64,000 nt of DNA from Lophium mytilinum (Eukaryota). The notes beneath the pieces were generated by a model, which saw only the letters and a program-made list of their open reading frames with translations, was not told the DNA's origin and ran no database searches. The stretch covers positions 930,001 through 994,000 of the forward strand of contig MU004199.1 of assembly GCA_010093605.1 (NCBI GenBank), read 5' to 3'. Positions 50,600 to 64,000 of the stretch are shown here, piece after piece (the first letter of the stretch is position 1; the number at the start of each line of letters is the position of its first letter). The translations under genes were made by a program, and so were the position numbers.

Positions 50600-51856
50600 A
50601 TTGCAGGATCGCAGAGTTGAATCAGGGGACCCAACTGTTCATAAGTCTATTGTCGTCGCATAAGCTGTGTACACTCGCCAGTCGCTTATTACGTCACTCA
50701 TAGCACGTCGTTCAACGGCACAGTGTTATGCAGGGACTCTATCTTGCCCTCTTGCGTGTCTTCAGCTGCGTCAAGTCTAACGAAGCCGTCAATCTCTTGT
50801 GTCTCAGAGTGAGTGTCTAGCCTGTGTGGTCGCGCTGGCGAGCCGATCGAATAGGTGCGGCTGTCAACCAATAATATTCCTCACGTCTCCATACCAAAAC
50901 CTCGAAAGATTTTCCCTCTATGCAGAGCGCTTGCAGCGAGCGCTATGTATACCCATGCACTTGTCCAATACACCGAAGAGCGGATATCGTGGCTGATGGA
51001 CATGATTCACGGTCCGATTTGGGAAGATATAGATGAGAAACGGGCCCATTCACGCTAGCCCACGACCAACTAGGGGCGATACCCGTTTCTGGTCTCTGTG
51101 GAGTTCTCGGATTGGAAAACTAGAAAAGACCCTTATGGACATTTCGTTCCCAAAGGCCAGAAAGGTAGCAGTCCTCTAGTAGTGATGTGAGACGTACGGA
51201 GAGTCCTTGCAGCGCGGGAAGCCTGTCGTCTGGGTTGCTTATAAGCCGCTGTGAGTACTCCTCCACGATACCATACCAATATTCGTAAAGGGCTTCGCGT
51301 TTTTCATCCTTAGACATACCCCAAGGTAATACTCCGGGGCCAACCCGATGACGAACGGCCCGGGTATAATATGAGAGGACAGCAGGTAGTCTTTTGGATA
51401 ATTCAGAAACCTTAATTTCTGGTAAGACATTATCCCAGCATTCATGATACAACTCTACTTCGCTTGTTCGAATACAGTTACACCGCCAGACGAATTGGCG
51501 AGATGTAAATTGTATTAGGCGCGGTGAGAGTTCTCTCTCCTGTAAGCACCATGCTCGTTTATTGACCGGCGCATCATCCATCGCCTTGAAATCAGAAGGA
51601 AGCGTCGGATATAATGTTTAACGTATCAGTTAGCTTCTTCATTGCTTTTCTTGTGCTTGTTGTTCGTAGCAGTACCTCTGATTTTTAAAACGAGCGTGAG
51701 AAATAGAATGAAGGATACTCTTTACTTCTAGCAAGGGTAGGCTACATGAACAGGGGAACGAATGGATGGATACGTACACCCTGCATTATAGGGAAACTTC
51801 TCGAAGAGTTCCAAGGGAATACCCCTACACTCATCGCAGATAAACGTTGACGACAT
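50600..51856 (-). pseudogene. HET-domain-family pseudogene
   Basis: Retains PVNKRAWCLQERELSPR, WYGIVEEYSQR, DRLPALQGL, YLSGLW and APSWSWAS; TAG at 51120-51122 where Trp is expected; further stops downstream; no HET core found; ends approximate. Confidence 0.8.
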
Positions 51857-52497
51857 TGCAACACCTCCCATTTCTGAGGATATCGACTATCTAGCAGGCA
51901 TCGCGACTCAAAAGAAGAAGATGCCCAAGTGGGGCGAAGAGGCTGAGCCGGCAACAGCTTCAACCCCGCTCCTGTACTTGGTTTTTCCGCAAAGAGAGAT
52001 TAGAGCGATCTTGTGTAACACGCGGTTCAGGTTCTCACCCGCTTTAGCAGACCAGCATTTTCCTGATAGCTAGCGCAGTAACCTGCGGTGATATAAAGAA
52101 ATGGTATGTACTTGAGTAACGTGCCTCGTCAACTAAGTCTTCCCTCCTACCTTGCGAGTAGTTTCTTGACAACAACACTTCTCAATCAGCGATGTTGTTG
52201 AAACGGAGCTAACTGGAGTGGGGTGGAGTGGATGGATGACACAATTACTGCAGTAAAAATAAATCTTCATGACATACTCTAAACTAGAAAAAAAGTGTTG
52301 TTTTCTTGGTAGCTAATTTCATTCCTCTTTCCACGCAACACGCTTTTCATCCTCTGTCGAACTTTGAAAGTCATTGGACTATGTCTCACAGTTGCATACG
52401 GATTTAATGTGGGAGGGTTAGATATTGACCTCATCAACGAAGAGACTAAGTACGTCGGTCTATGGTGTGGAGCAGAAATTCTTATGAAAGAGTGCAG

Positions 52498-54577
52498 CTA
52501 CACAAGAATCAACTCCATCATCTCGCCAACAGCCTCCCAATCTTCAGTGAAGTACCGACCGATCGCATCATTAGGGTATCCAACAACCAGCGCAACCCGA
52601 TAATACTTTTCTAAGCTCTGCTTCCGCAGTAGAAGCCCGTACACGAGCGAGCGATATTGCGGATCATTTCGCGCTGGGCGATGAGATATGACGACTAGCA
52701 GGAAATACCGTTTCCCGATCTCGATCTCCCCGTTCTCTTCGTAGGTGTCGCGGTATACCAGTGCGGTCGGCTTCCTGCTTTCTGCCGCGCGTTCACTGAC
52801 GACGTAGAGCTGCCTCGTCGCATTTGTCTGCTGCAGAACGACGGGAACGACCGTTCCTTTGCAATGCAATTCCGCCGCACTCACGTTCCCGAATGGATTT
52901 AGCCCAGCTAGAGTACATGAGATGGAGAGGACGTTGAGCTTGATTTCTATTGGCGAATCCTTCGCGCCTTCATACAGGATCTCACGGTCCTGCAATGACA
53001 TCTCTACGACACTGGACACGGACGCCCAGGACCATGACGGGGCACAGTACTTCTCGAGTCTCTTGCTTGGAGGTTTCGCGCGAGCCGTCAACCCGGTACC
53101 CGGAGGTGTGAGTGCTTGCCAGCAAAGCCACATCGCAAGGCCTTCCTTCCATAAGCCAACAACGTACTCGTCCCCAGTGCTTCGCGTCTGCATCACTGCA
53201 GCGAGGCCGGATACAGCAGGTAGGCGGTCCGTTGCATGAGTTAGGTCTCGCTGTGTATAGTCATAAATGACTTGGTTCCACCTCAATATCAGTCCTTTCC
53301 TTTCGTTCGGAGTGTTGTCCTTGATTGCCGACCTCGGTATAGTGTTTTCGATAATCAACCGGTTTTTCAATCGCATCGGGAGAGGTTTATCTGGTACTAA
53401 CTTGCACTCACAAGGCATTGCAGACGCACACTCCCAAACAGCCTCATACGCGCTAAAATGCAGTATTCGTGGTGAAAGAATCTGCTCTTGCAACGTCCAT
53501 CCTCTTGTATTGAGCGTGATCTTACCGCCATCCCGCTTGGCCATCGGCGGATGCGCACCATCAAGTGGCCACGCGCTGCAAGTTCGAACACGAATGGCGG
53601 AATCTTTGCCTTCGAAGACCACGGGTACGGCGGAAGAGAATCGTCGGTTGCCCCGAACGAAGCATCCAGTGTGGCTGTCCGTGGAGCCGTCGGCAGAGAT
53701 TGTAACAACATCGTTACTGTAATACTCACCCATTTTTCCAGCTTCGCTAGCCCAATCCTCGGAATCTTGAATGATGCAGAGAGCGTCAATCCAGAGGTAG
53801 GGTATTCCCAGCTCGCGGGTGATTATGACTGCATCTCGAAGCGTCTTCGGGAGTTCAGTTAACGAGATGCTCGTCGTACGATCTTCCAGTGTTGAAGGCG
53901 TCGTCTTCCAGTGGTGCGGAGGCGGGCCCCAACAATAGCTTAACGCGGCATACTTTCCCAATGCTCCATTAGTGACATGAAGCCTAGGGTTCATGGTGTC
54001 GGAGCCGACTTGAAGCACTCTCGTAGGGAGAGAACTCTCAACGTATGCCGGGCATGCGGGATGTCCACTGAGACAATCTTTGAGCCAGCCTTGCGCCAGT
54101 GCAAGTGCCTCCGGGGACGAGGAGTCTTCGGATACATCTCTCTCGTAGCCAATGGCTGGCCAGACCAGCTGATCTCCTTGCGATTGCTCAGAAATTGACT
54201 CCCATGTACCCATAGACGCTTTGAAACAGCTCGTGGACTCTTCTAAACCCTGTGAAATGAGGCTTACCTGGTCGTATGAAAAGCTCTAGATTCTTTACAT
54301 ACAGCGGATCTTCGCCGGGCGACGTGTACCCGGTGGGCTCTAGAATTAAGGGGCCACCTACCGTTTTCGAAGACGATCGGAGCGATCGAATCTCCCTCAT
54401 TCCGATGGGTTCAGGATAGGTGTCAAGGGCGCCTTGGATAGCGGCGCATGCTGTGCAGCCTTGTGACGCGGTTTGCTTGAGACTGGCAAGTTTGATCGTT
54501 CGGCTCAAGGCTGTATTTGAGTATTCCTGGCCAAATTCAAGATGGTGACAAGTCTCGCGTTTCGCGCCATCGCCCAT
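52498..54577 (-). CDS. Heterokaryon-incompatibility (HET) domain protein, 2 exons (54577-54268, ~54177-52498)
   Basis: WLKDC...H..C, LPTRVL, YAALSYCWG, LPKTLRDAV, YLWIDALCIIQD, RGWTLQE, DRLPAVSGLA, APSWSWAS. Confidence 0.93.
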
Positions 54578-55198
54578 CTTTCGATGCTTGAGTGAGGGGA
54601 AGGGAAACCGGGATGTCAGTTTCAGCTGTTGTTGGCGAACACAGTTGAACTATTCCGGTCTATTGCTTATTCAGCACCTTCTATTCTTCTCTATCTACGT
54701 ATACTACTCGCTCCAAATAGGCTGTTTGTATATAAATGATGAGATAGTACTTCATATAACAGCTAGTATACTTTATGTATATACCCTGCCTCGTCAACTA
54801 TGTCTTCCCCCCTACGGTGCGAGTATTCACTTTGATAAAAAAAATATTTCATTGCTCGGAGTGTTTCAGCTCTTACAATACCAGTATGTTCAGCCTAGTC
54901 GGGCATGTTAGCGGACGTACTTTTACGTCTTGCTGCACGGACCCAGGTCTGAGCACGTGACACTAAGTGCTGTTCATAGGCTAGACCGACGTGGCAGCCC
55001 ATGCATGGCACATACACTTGAAGGGCGTCTGTGCGAGGGCGCCTTCTCGAGGGCGCACACTCACGTCCTCAGTTTCTGAGCCTCCTTATCCTGCGTTCAT
55101 TACAATCTACTCTTCACGACCTGCCCAACTTTACTCGCAATAATCAATCACGTCTTCATTTTACCACCAGCAATCAAACTCGCAGCGGCCTTGGTACC

Positions 55199-56542
55199 AT
55201 GTCTTCTGAACAATGGTATGACTTCTCTTATCAGCAATTCGTCGAAGACTACATGCCCAACCTCGAACTGTTTGGCGGGTCTCCCATCACTTCAAATGTC
55301 GATCCACCCTCCTACGATCTCGAAGAGAACTATCTAGCCGACTCTCAGCAAGCTGGACCGTCTTTGTGGAACAACATGGACACTCCCGCACAGAATCAAC
55401 AGTTCGACATGATAGATGACGCCGCCGGGAACCTTGGAGTTGACCCATCTGGAACACCGCAGCACTCAGCTCTGGGCGCCTGTGCTCCAATGGACCGAGT
55501 AGCGAGCTTCGAAGGAACTGGACAGTGGGACCCTATTGCTGGAGATTTCCGCAGCCCGAACGACAGATTCCAGACGCTTGACAACTTCGCTGCTCAGTCT
55601 CAGATGCGGGGATTAGCGCAGCCTTCTCTTGGGAGTTTCTACAGCGTTCCTTCATCAACGAATCCGGCGACCCCCGAAGACGACGTGCCACAGGGCGCGC
55701 ACGCTTCGCGAATTGGACCAATGGATGTGAGTTTTTTTTTTAAACAACGCTAACGAGGCGCACAGTGTAGCTCTAAACCCCGATCTCCAGGTCTTGCATA
55801 CCTCGGCTTGATTGATGCATCTGGTCCAACCATGGCATTCAGTGCACATTGTGCAGCCACGGTAGCTAATGCATCTACCTCAACCATTGCGACTGTCGCA
55901 GAACTTGCACCGGCCATTATCGACGTCGAGTGGTCTGGGCCGCAGAAATGTCACTGGCAAGGCTGTGCCTCGAAGGCAACTTTCCATTCTCCTTCAGCGC
56001 TGAAGGCCCACATCCGCAACATGCATGTCACTCCCCTGCTCTGCACGCATCCAGGTTGTTCTTACAAGAAGGCTTTCGGGAAGGCATGCGACCTGAAAAG
56101 GCACGCAGCAAGTATTCATGGCACTGAGTCTGAATATCCATGTCCTGAACGCGACTGCAAGGAGCTATTCTCCCGCAAAGACAAGATGATGAAGCATGCT
56201 AAGGAGAAGCACCAACTTTTCAAATGTTCTCATAACCATTGCTCTACAACAGTCTTCGCGGCTCAGCGAGAATCGCATATGGAGGATTGTCACGGCCGCT
56301 ATGAGTGTGCGATGGGTTCTTGCAAATCAGGCCAAATGTCGTACTTTACGGAAAAGAATCTTAAAAGACATCTGCGCACCGGTCATAGAATGGAAAGTGA
56401 GCAGGTGTTCTATGCTCTTGACTACTCTAGGCCCAAGTATAGCAATTTCGAGGAAGACAAGGCTTTGTATGTTGGCGTTGGCTGGCCTTCGCCACTTCGC
56501 GATTGTGCTTCCTGCTTTTCCCAGAGCCATAATGAGCATTAA
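55199..56542 (+). CDS. Multi-C2H2 zinc-finger protein, 2 exons (55199-55726, 55766-56542)
   Basis: Consecutive fingers CHWQGC..HIRNMH, CTHPGC..HAASIH, CPERDC..HAKEKH, CSHNHC..HMEDCH and CAMGSC..HLRTGH; acidic N-terminus. Confidence 0.85.
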
Positions 56543-57606
56543 TCGTGTGCTGATAGGTGCTGTCACTGTAAACATGTTCCTGAAGAATCAATTCGCTTCT
56601 AGGCTCATGGGGTTTCATTATTCATTGGGTTGCTGGGTCTGTTATCCATCCGAATGTTTCTGTAGATTCGAAATGTGCGCTTGGCTTTGTTACAAACGGA
56701 CGATAATCAGATGGCAACATCATGGGACACTGTCTCTTTCTAAACGCTAGGCAGCACTACGACGTTCGTTAATGATGCTCAAAGGATATTTCGGTTCTAT
56801 ATTGATGTCTGTGTCCACGTTAAGGTTACTTTGGCTACTTTCTTAACTGAAATAAGAGTATATCAGTCTGTCCCTAGTCACACAGTGTACCTCGTTGAGT
56901 CAAAAGCCTGTCGTAAATATGCCGCTTTTCTTGGTACATGAGTTTTCTCGGTACGTAGGGATGGATGTTGTTTCACTAGGTCCTTTCTCCCATAGGGCCA
57001 GTACTCTCTTTGACAACCACACTTCTCATTGTTCGGAGTGTTTCAGCTGTCATAATGCTCATTGGCCTCTTTGATACTTACCTTCTAGGCGAAGACTATC
57101 CTACCCGGAGATTGCGCAATCATGTCTTTGTCTTTATTTCGGCAAACGGCAAACTCCTCGTCCCCCACAGGCTCCGCACCCTGTATTCGAGTCTACGGCT
57201 ATTGAGAGATCGTAGAGCGTCTCTCAGTGATGCTTCCTATGTCGTTGGTACTGGGATCATACTGGTTATCTAAAGTCTGGACCTATTGGAATCGAAGAGG
57301 AATATCTAGATCCTACTTATGCATAGCACCCAACGTCGGAGCTGTATCAAGCTTTCATTGAGGCGATAGAGTTGCGTCTAGCCGCCGCCATGGCTTCGTA
57401 GTGGCTTCCATCGGTGGGTCATGTACAAAGACCTGGGCCACGCTTCCTTGGAACGATAGGCACATGCACAAGGAACACGTTTTTTGAAATGAACCTTCAC
57501 GCCCCAAGCCCTTCTACTTCTTGAATTTGGTTTCTACCATACGTGCCCAGGTACTCACACTCGATTCTACGAGCTCGAAATAAACTCGTATGGCAACCTG
57601 ATCAAA

Positions 57607-58877
57607 ATGGCTCCCTCACCTAGCCTCCTTACTATACTGTTCCTCGGTGTAGCCCAGCTTTTGCCATCTGGCTTCGCTCAGAGCACAGCGCAATCTAAAT
57701 CCACATCAAAGACATCGTCAGCGGCAGCGCGGACTTTCACAGTTACAGTCGGAGATGGCGACCACAAGTTCAGGCCCGATGTTACACAAGCGAATGTTGG
57801 AGATGTACGCTGGTCCCTATCCCGACGATTTCTTCTTCGAAGCTGACAAGCGTTAAAGATCATCGAATTCGACTTCTTCCCTCCCAACCACTCCGTCGTG
57901 CGCGCGGAGTACGAGCATCCATGCATCCCCTATGAAATGACCGGCAAAGGGAAAGTCGGTTTCTTCTCCGGCTTCCACCCCGTCGATGCCATCCTGTCAA
58001 GCGTAAGTACAAGAAACAAGAGCTAGGCCTGATATTCCTTTACAGCGCATACACTCACCCGTCCGCATACTGACAACCCAATCCAGCCCCCAAAATGGAC
58101 CCTCCGCATCAACGACTCCAATCCCATCTTCTTCTACTGCTCCGCCGTCGGCTCCTGCATCGACTACGGTATGGTCGGCGTGATAAACCCCAACGCCACC
58201 ACCTCCCTAACTACCCAACGCGACCTCGCTCTAAACTCCTCTTACATGCTCCAACCCGGCGACCCCTTTCCCCCTGAGTCTTCATCGCCTACTTCCCTCT
58301 CTTCCCCCTCCCCTAGCACCAGCACCATCACCTCTCCAACCGGCCAAACATCCGTGCCCACCCACCACGCCACCCTCTCCGCCGGCGCAATCGCAGGCAT
58401 CGCCGTCGCCGGCGCCGTCGTGGTCTTCCTCGGCGCCCTCCTCTGCTTCTTCGTCGGGCGCTCACGCACGCTGAAGAAAGACTTAAGCAGGAGCCAAGCT
58501 ACGATCGTGCGGCCAGATGGGGAGATAGGGATGGGTGCGGGGCCGATGTACGCGCCGGGCGCTATTAAGTACAATGGGTACACCGGGGTGAAGAGGGGGG
58601 CTAGTAGCGCAGGGGGGAGTGTGAGGGAGGTGGGGACCGAGTGGGGTGAGGGGCCGATGGGACCGTATCCTGTTAATGTGCCGCCGCGTATGAGGTGAGT
58701 GATTATCTTGAGTTGTATGAGTAGAGGTTTTGGTGGAATGCATTTGCTGACGATTGTTGTAGTAACGTGGGATCACCTATTTCGCCGCCTTTGTTTTCGC
58801 CGCGGGCGATGATTCCGGAGAGGCCGGTGGAGATGGAGGGGAGTTCGCCGTTGGAAGAGCATAGGAGGAGGGTTTGA
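57607..58877 (+). CDS. Signal-peptide, cupredoxin-like, Ser-rich single-pass membrane protein, 4 exons
   Basis: Signal peptide; VTVG...F.PD...A.VGD|IIEFDFFPPNHSVV...PC...FFSGF; PIFFYCSA..SC...GMVGVIN; LSAGAIAGIAVAG transmembrane segment. Confidence 0.85.
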
Positions 58878-59816
58878 GGGATTGTGATGTCAGGGTTGGT
58901 TTTTACATGAGTATAGTGATATCTACTGCCGTTCCCTGGAGTTATAAAGGAGACGGCAGTTTGTACGAGAATTTTGTAGCGGCGTTTGCTTTGCGTTGGT
59001 ATAAATATGCCCATACTGGTATATGTGGCTGTTCAGAGAGATGATATCCCAATTTTACTTTGTCCTGCTTTTTCGAGTGCAGTCCGTTATAGAATCAAGA
59101 AGATGTTGCGCAACGGCCCATACGCGAGTGATAATGAGCGGTGATACCAAGCGTTAAATGGTAATCTGCGTGATGTTATGGCGTCTAGAGATCGGTGAGT
59201 TAGTTGGGACGATCAGCCTTATCATGGCTATGAGGAAGTATGTGGAATGAGAAATAGCCTAAGGATAGTTGGTTCACGTAACTAAACCATCGAGGTGCCG
59301 TGATCGAGCGCTTCGAGGTTCGAAAGAAAAAAACCCGAGATATCCGACCGAGTCTATAAATGCCCAAGTCCCAATGCTCAATGTCCAATGCAAAAATGCT
59401 CCCACCAAACCTAGCCCATGACCTACTCCTGAACATGATATCGCTTCCTATTCCTCTTCTGTGCCCATGCACCCCAGTGACTGACCTTGAACTCCTTATA
59501 GAAAGGAGCGCCCGTAGTCCTTCCCATGATGCCCCTACCCAAACCCAGAATTTCAGGCGAAGAAAAGAACAGAATGAAAGATCCTTGCCAGATCAGTACA
59601 AACGTGAGTCCGAAAAAGTTGAGACTAAATAGAAATAAAAGAGCAATTGAAGGACTAGACGTGTTTTAATCAACCATGGAAGGCTATGTCCATGTGAGCA
59701 AATACTGGTCGTTCTCGAAAACGAGCCACGGAGGGATGAAGGATAGATAGAGCAAAAGGAAAGAGTGATTGGTGGTGAGAAAACGTAAATAGCTGGAGTA
59801 TATGCATATGCTAGCG

Positions 59817-61612
59817 TTAAGATTGAAAATTCACACTGCGGCCAAGATCGACGCGACTTGCACCCGTCGAACGTGAGCTTACAGAACTCATGTTAGGCGA
59901 ATGAGCCCCCAAAGGGATGTCCGGATGGTTGTAAGTAATGCCTTGGTGGAAATGCTGCGATTTTTTGGATGACAAATTGCTCTTGACTCGCTTGACTGAC
60001 TTCTTGAACCGCTGACCGGGAGTTGACCGCGATTGCGTAAGAGGGTCGGCATATTGATAAGCCGGTTCGGTGACTGGGTGGGACGGTTGGCCTGGGTTGA
60101 CGAAAGCTGTTTTGATAGTCGTTGGCTCTTGAAGTGGGTTGTGAGCGGCGATCACATCCACGTTTTCGATGGACTCTGAGGCGGGCCACGGTTCGTGAAG
60201 TACGTCGAGCACGTCGAGCATCGCGACGCTAACACGATGTTGGGACAAGGTATCATTCTGTATGGAATAGGGAATCTCGTCATGGTCGAAAGTGTCGTCC
60301 TGCAGATCCAAACCTGAAGTGATCTTATGCGTGTTGCCTAGTAGCGCTTCCGTGTCTCCATAAGTGTATTGATCGGGTACAGAACTACTCCTATTTAGAG
60401 GAATCGTAGGGTTATACTGCACATGAGGCTGTTGGGCTACGGATAGCTTCTCGTCTAGGGTAGCATGAAACCTAGGCGTAGCGGCGTCAGTGACCAGGAC
60501 CCGGCCCAGTCCGAGCTCGACAGCATTGATGAAGAAAGTTTGGAGATGATCAATGTCATTGCACTCAAGTTTCTGCCGGAGTGTCCTCGAGGTCTTGGGT
60601 GTCCAGCGCAATTCGGTACGATCTACGTTGTAGATATAGCAGAAGTTGATGAGAAACCTCTTCCACTCTGCATGAATCGAATTTTGTCGTAGAAGATTTC
60701 GGATCTTAGTCGAGTAATCCCAGTGTGCGCCAGCAAAGAAGAAGGGACATTTGGCAACATGGGTGCACCGATCATCCCATTCGTACGACACGTATTTACA
60801 GCCCTTGAAGCCGCAACCAAACGCCACCCTTTCTGGCAGTTCCACTTTGACGTCGGTAGAGTATGGGGTACGTGGGTGCTCTCGCTGATGATGTCTTAGG
60901 AAATCGCAGTCACGGTCGAATATCCTGCAGCATCCGGGAACATCGCACCGCCACTCATATCCTGTTTCGTGGAAGTTCGTCTCATGCTTCTTCCAGTCGG
61001 ACTTCGTTTTGAAGGTAATTGTCCTCTGAATACCTTGTTCGGCACAGAATGTACAGAATAGGAGCCTCTTTGGTTGTTCGCTCGTATCCTTGGGCTGCTG
61101 GATGTTGACAGTAAGACTTTCAAGTAACGGCTGAGTCTGGCTTAGATGGCTAGTACTCGGGAGTGCGGAGTTTGCGCCATAAGGCTGAAACCCTGTCGGC
61201 TGTGTTCCGGGATCGTAAAGTGCTGGATCCGACCCGAGGGGAGACCGGTATTGGAGATGTGGTTTATGAGCGTATTGTGAGGTGACCGAGAGGTTGCTAT
61301 TACTCGTGTCGCAGCTCCGACGAACAGGTTGGATGCTAGAGGCGCTGGATGCAGGATGAAATCCTGACAGAGACGAGTCAGACCTGAACGAAAAGGTCGA
61401 GACCGATGAATCTGGTCTAGAGGAGTGGACGGAATTTTGACCTGATATACTTTCGTCAGTTATCAGCAAACAGGGTCTCTTGATGGGCATTACGAACGAG
61501 ATTGATCAATGCTGAGGATATGGCGACCCAAGCGACCCAGTTCGCCAATAGTATACCGATTGAGCAGTCCGTCGAGGATTTCTTGATCAGAAAGACCACT
61601 GAAATCAGCCAT
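59817..61612 (-). CDS. Fungal C2H2 zinc-finger protein, probable transcription factor, with a short first exon from 61612
   Basis: FCTFC...KSDWKKHETNFH, WRCDVPGC...HHQREH, FGCGFKGC...WDDRCTHVA; upstream exon MADFSGLSDQEIL... splices in frame. Confidence 0.82.
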
Positions 61613-62908
61613 CGACAGAATCTGTTCGCCGCGGAGGTATGGGTTTTCGAAGCTCAGACGAATGACAGTGGTGGGCTTGTGTTGTGCCGATGCGGCAGTA
61701 GCCGGTTGCAGAACAGTTGCACAGAAAGGAGGGAGTTCAATGGGTAAGAATAATGAGCGACGAGAAGACTAGGCTAAAAATGCAGAGAGGAAGCGATGGG
61801 CGTGGAACGACGAAAGAGCAGAAAAGAAAAGCGACAGGAAAGGTTTAGTATCCGTCCAAGATCTAATGTTCCTGAGCCATGACGCTACCGACCGCAATTC
61901 TACGCCCGTTGATAACGTCAGGGACAAGGCTAAAGGCTACGGGCCGTCCCAGGCACGCCCACACTATAGAGTGCATACCTGCGATTGCTTCGTGGGTGTC
62001 CGATCCATTTTGGTTCGAAAACGAGCCAAACGCGCATGCTAGACTTGCGGCCCAGTTGCCAACCCACCACGGCCGCTTTGGCTTTGCGTCGCCATCATGA
62101 AGACGCTGGAAAATTGTTGAGTGGCACTGATGTGCCTGAGCTGTTGCCTACCTGGCCAAGATTACGCATGCTGCAGAAGGCAGATCAAGCTATGCACGGA
62201 CGGTCCGCCGCAATATTGCGAACCGTGAACGCCCCTCGTGACGTCCCAGGCTCCACGCGGCCATCCGGCGAGACCACAGGGTTCCAGCTAGAAATATACG
62301 AAGTTGTTCCCTTCCTAAGCTCGTTCCTCTGCTATGCGGTTCCAGCGAGCGAGTAGAGTGGTAAGGACCCAGTCCCGGCCCCCTTCTGTGTATGGAATTT
62401 CGGTATTGGCGGAAATGTAGCAGTAGTTCTGCATTAAGACTCTCGCATTTGAATATCTCCTGATAGTTGAACGTGGGGCATGATGGTATTTATCTTGAGA
62501 GCGTTGACGTCCGCTTTGAATTAGGGTTGCATGTACCCTTGTATAGGGGTTGATGGCGTTGTACGCATCCAAAGATCTCATTGGCTGCCTCGCTTTTCCA
62601 GTCTCGTCAACTGAAACCTGCGCCTAGCCAAGGCAAACATTTAAAATCAAATAATCGAAAGGGGTATTAGATTCCAAACTCAAAGATACCAAGTACAGGG
62701 AAACGTGACATCGCCTTCTTAACCTCTACTCCTCCCCATAGGTCTGCTTGGAATGTTTCCCTCAGCCTACCGGCCATCAAGTTATGATGCCTGCTGGAGC
62801 TGTGGAACCGCCCATCCTCCTAGCTATAGTGGTCATGGTAGTCGACCGAGATTTTGCGGTGCCACAACCAGCCATTACAAACCTATGGCAACAACTTTGT
62901 CCCTTGCA

Positions 62909-64000
62909 CTACGCCAATTCATTCTTGTATCCCCCACTCTGCTGTCCATACTGCGCTGGCATCTCATACGCATACGTCGGCGGCACAGCCGGATACGCCT
63001 GTTGCGGACTCGTGGCCTGTCCTCCAATCTCCGCCACCTGCGGAAAATTCTTCTCACTCCGGTACCCAGACGCTGGTGTTGGGGCTGGATAGGCTTTCCG
63101 ATGCACACTATCTGCTCCAAGCTCCATGGTGTTGACGTAAGGCTCAACATACTGACTCTTCTCCCTCGGCACCATTTCGATTCCCTGTCCGCCCATGCGC
63201 CCATTGGTTGCCAGAGTTTGCGGTGTTGACCCTGTGGGCTTCGTGCCGGGGCGTGAAGTGTCAGAGATAGCCTGGAAATTCTCCGCCGACTTTCGCCGCT
63301 TGTGGAGGAATATCAGGATCATGGCGAGGCCCGCGATGAAGGCTACGAACATGCTTACGCCGACGGCGATGGCTGTGGTATGAGTGGTGGACTTGTGCGT
63401 TTTGGCTGGGATAGCGGTGCCTGATGCGCTTAAGGTGGCAGAGGAGGTAGAGCCCGAAGCTGATCCTGAATGCTGAACCTTGAAGGTGACTGCGGCTTGG
63501 GTTTGGACAACAATAGAGCCGCCTGCTGCGGTAACTGTGACGACTCTAGGAGTAGCTGAGCTGACGTTAGGAGATGAGGTTGGCTGGCCTGCAACTGAAG
63601 TTGTAGATGAAGTGGGAGCTGCTGCGCTCGACTTTGCGGCTGCGCTCGAGGCTGGCTGAGCAGTGCTCGCGGCTGCTGTTGCGCTCGCTGCAGGCCCAAC
63701 CTCAGTAGAAGCGCTCCATATGTTCGAGGAAGATGCTGATGTGGGCATGTATTGCCAGTAGTCGTCATTACCGGCTGATGCGCCGGGAAAGGCAAAATGG
63801 AATGCAGGCGCTTGCCCGTTCTTAAGGCTGGCAGTTTCTATAAGATGCCAGAACAGTGGAGACCCGTTGGAGTTTCGAGTCGCAATTTGGAAGGCTTCGT
63901 GGGGTTAGTGATTGGTGTGAGGCGCGGTAGGATGCTGCCAGTACTGACCTCCCTTGCCGTCGTTCCAGTCACAATACAGGTTAATCTGGCGCGTCTGGTC
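62909..64000 (-). CDS. Ser/Thr/Ala-rich single-pass membrane protein, 5' end outside the window
   Basis: Low-complexity stalk, TAIAVGVSMFVAFIAGLAMILIFL transmembrane segment, HKRRK, and a tail with ELG/EIG/EMP motifs; intron near 63890-63950. Confidence 0.75.

Overview
Eukaryotic window from a filamentous ascomycete: GT-AG introns with CTRAC branch points, and AT-rich blocks mutated by repeat-induced point mutation (RIP). Recognisable genes are a nitronate monooxygenase, FOL1 (HPPK-DHPS), MET13 (MTHFR), an atypical TIM-like isomerase, a bZIP factor, an Fe-type alcohol dehydrogenase, a HET-domain gene with a decayed tandem paralog, two C2H2 proteins, a cupredoxin-like membrane protein and two Ser/Thr-rich single-pass membrane proteins. 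RIPed mobile DNA comprises a 2.85-kb Mutator-like element and a 16.9-kb nest of two Ty3/Gypsy LTR retrotransposons. The main observation is a four-member, highly diverged gene family (A 6232-8249 -, B 9287-11218 -, C 28781-31331 +, D 49692-50311 +) that the ORF track fragments. Hand-spliced, the members share intron positions and an architecture I do not recognise: N-terminal coiled coil, two copies of an ELxCxxCGxN...GFxxHLxxxH...CxxRxL zinc module, an acidic/basic linker, and a C-terminal CPCxLSGHPC plus CCCH-like module. A and B look intact, C has an in-frame TAG, and D is truncated. Two decayed tandem-repeat-protein genes, each hit by a transposon, are also present. All gene models were spliced by eye; no database searches were run.
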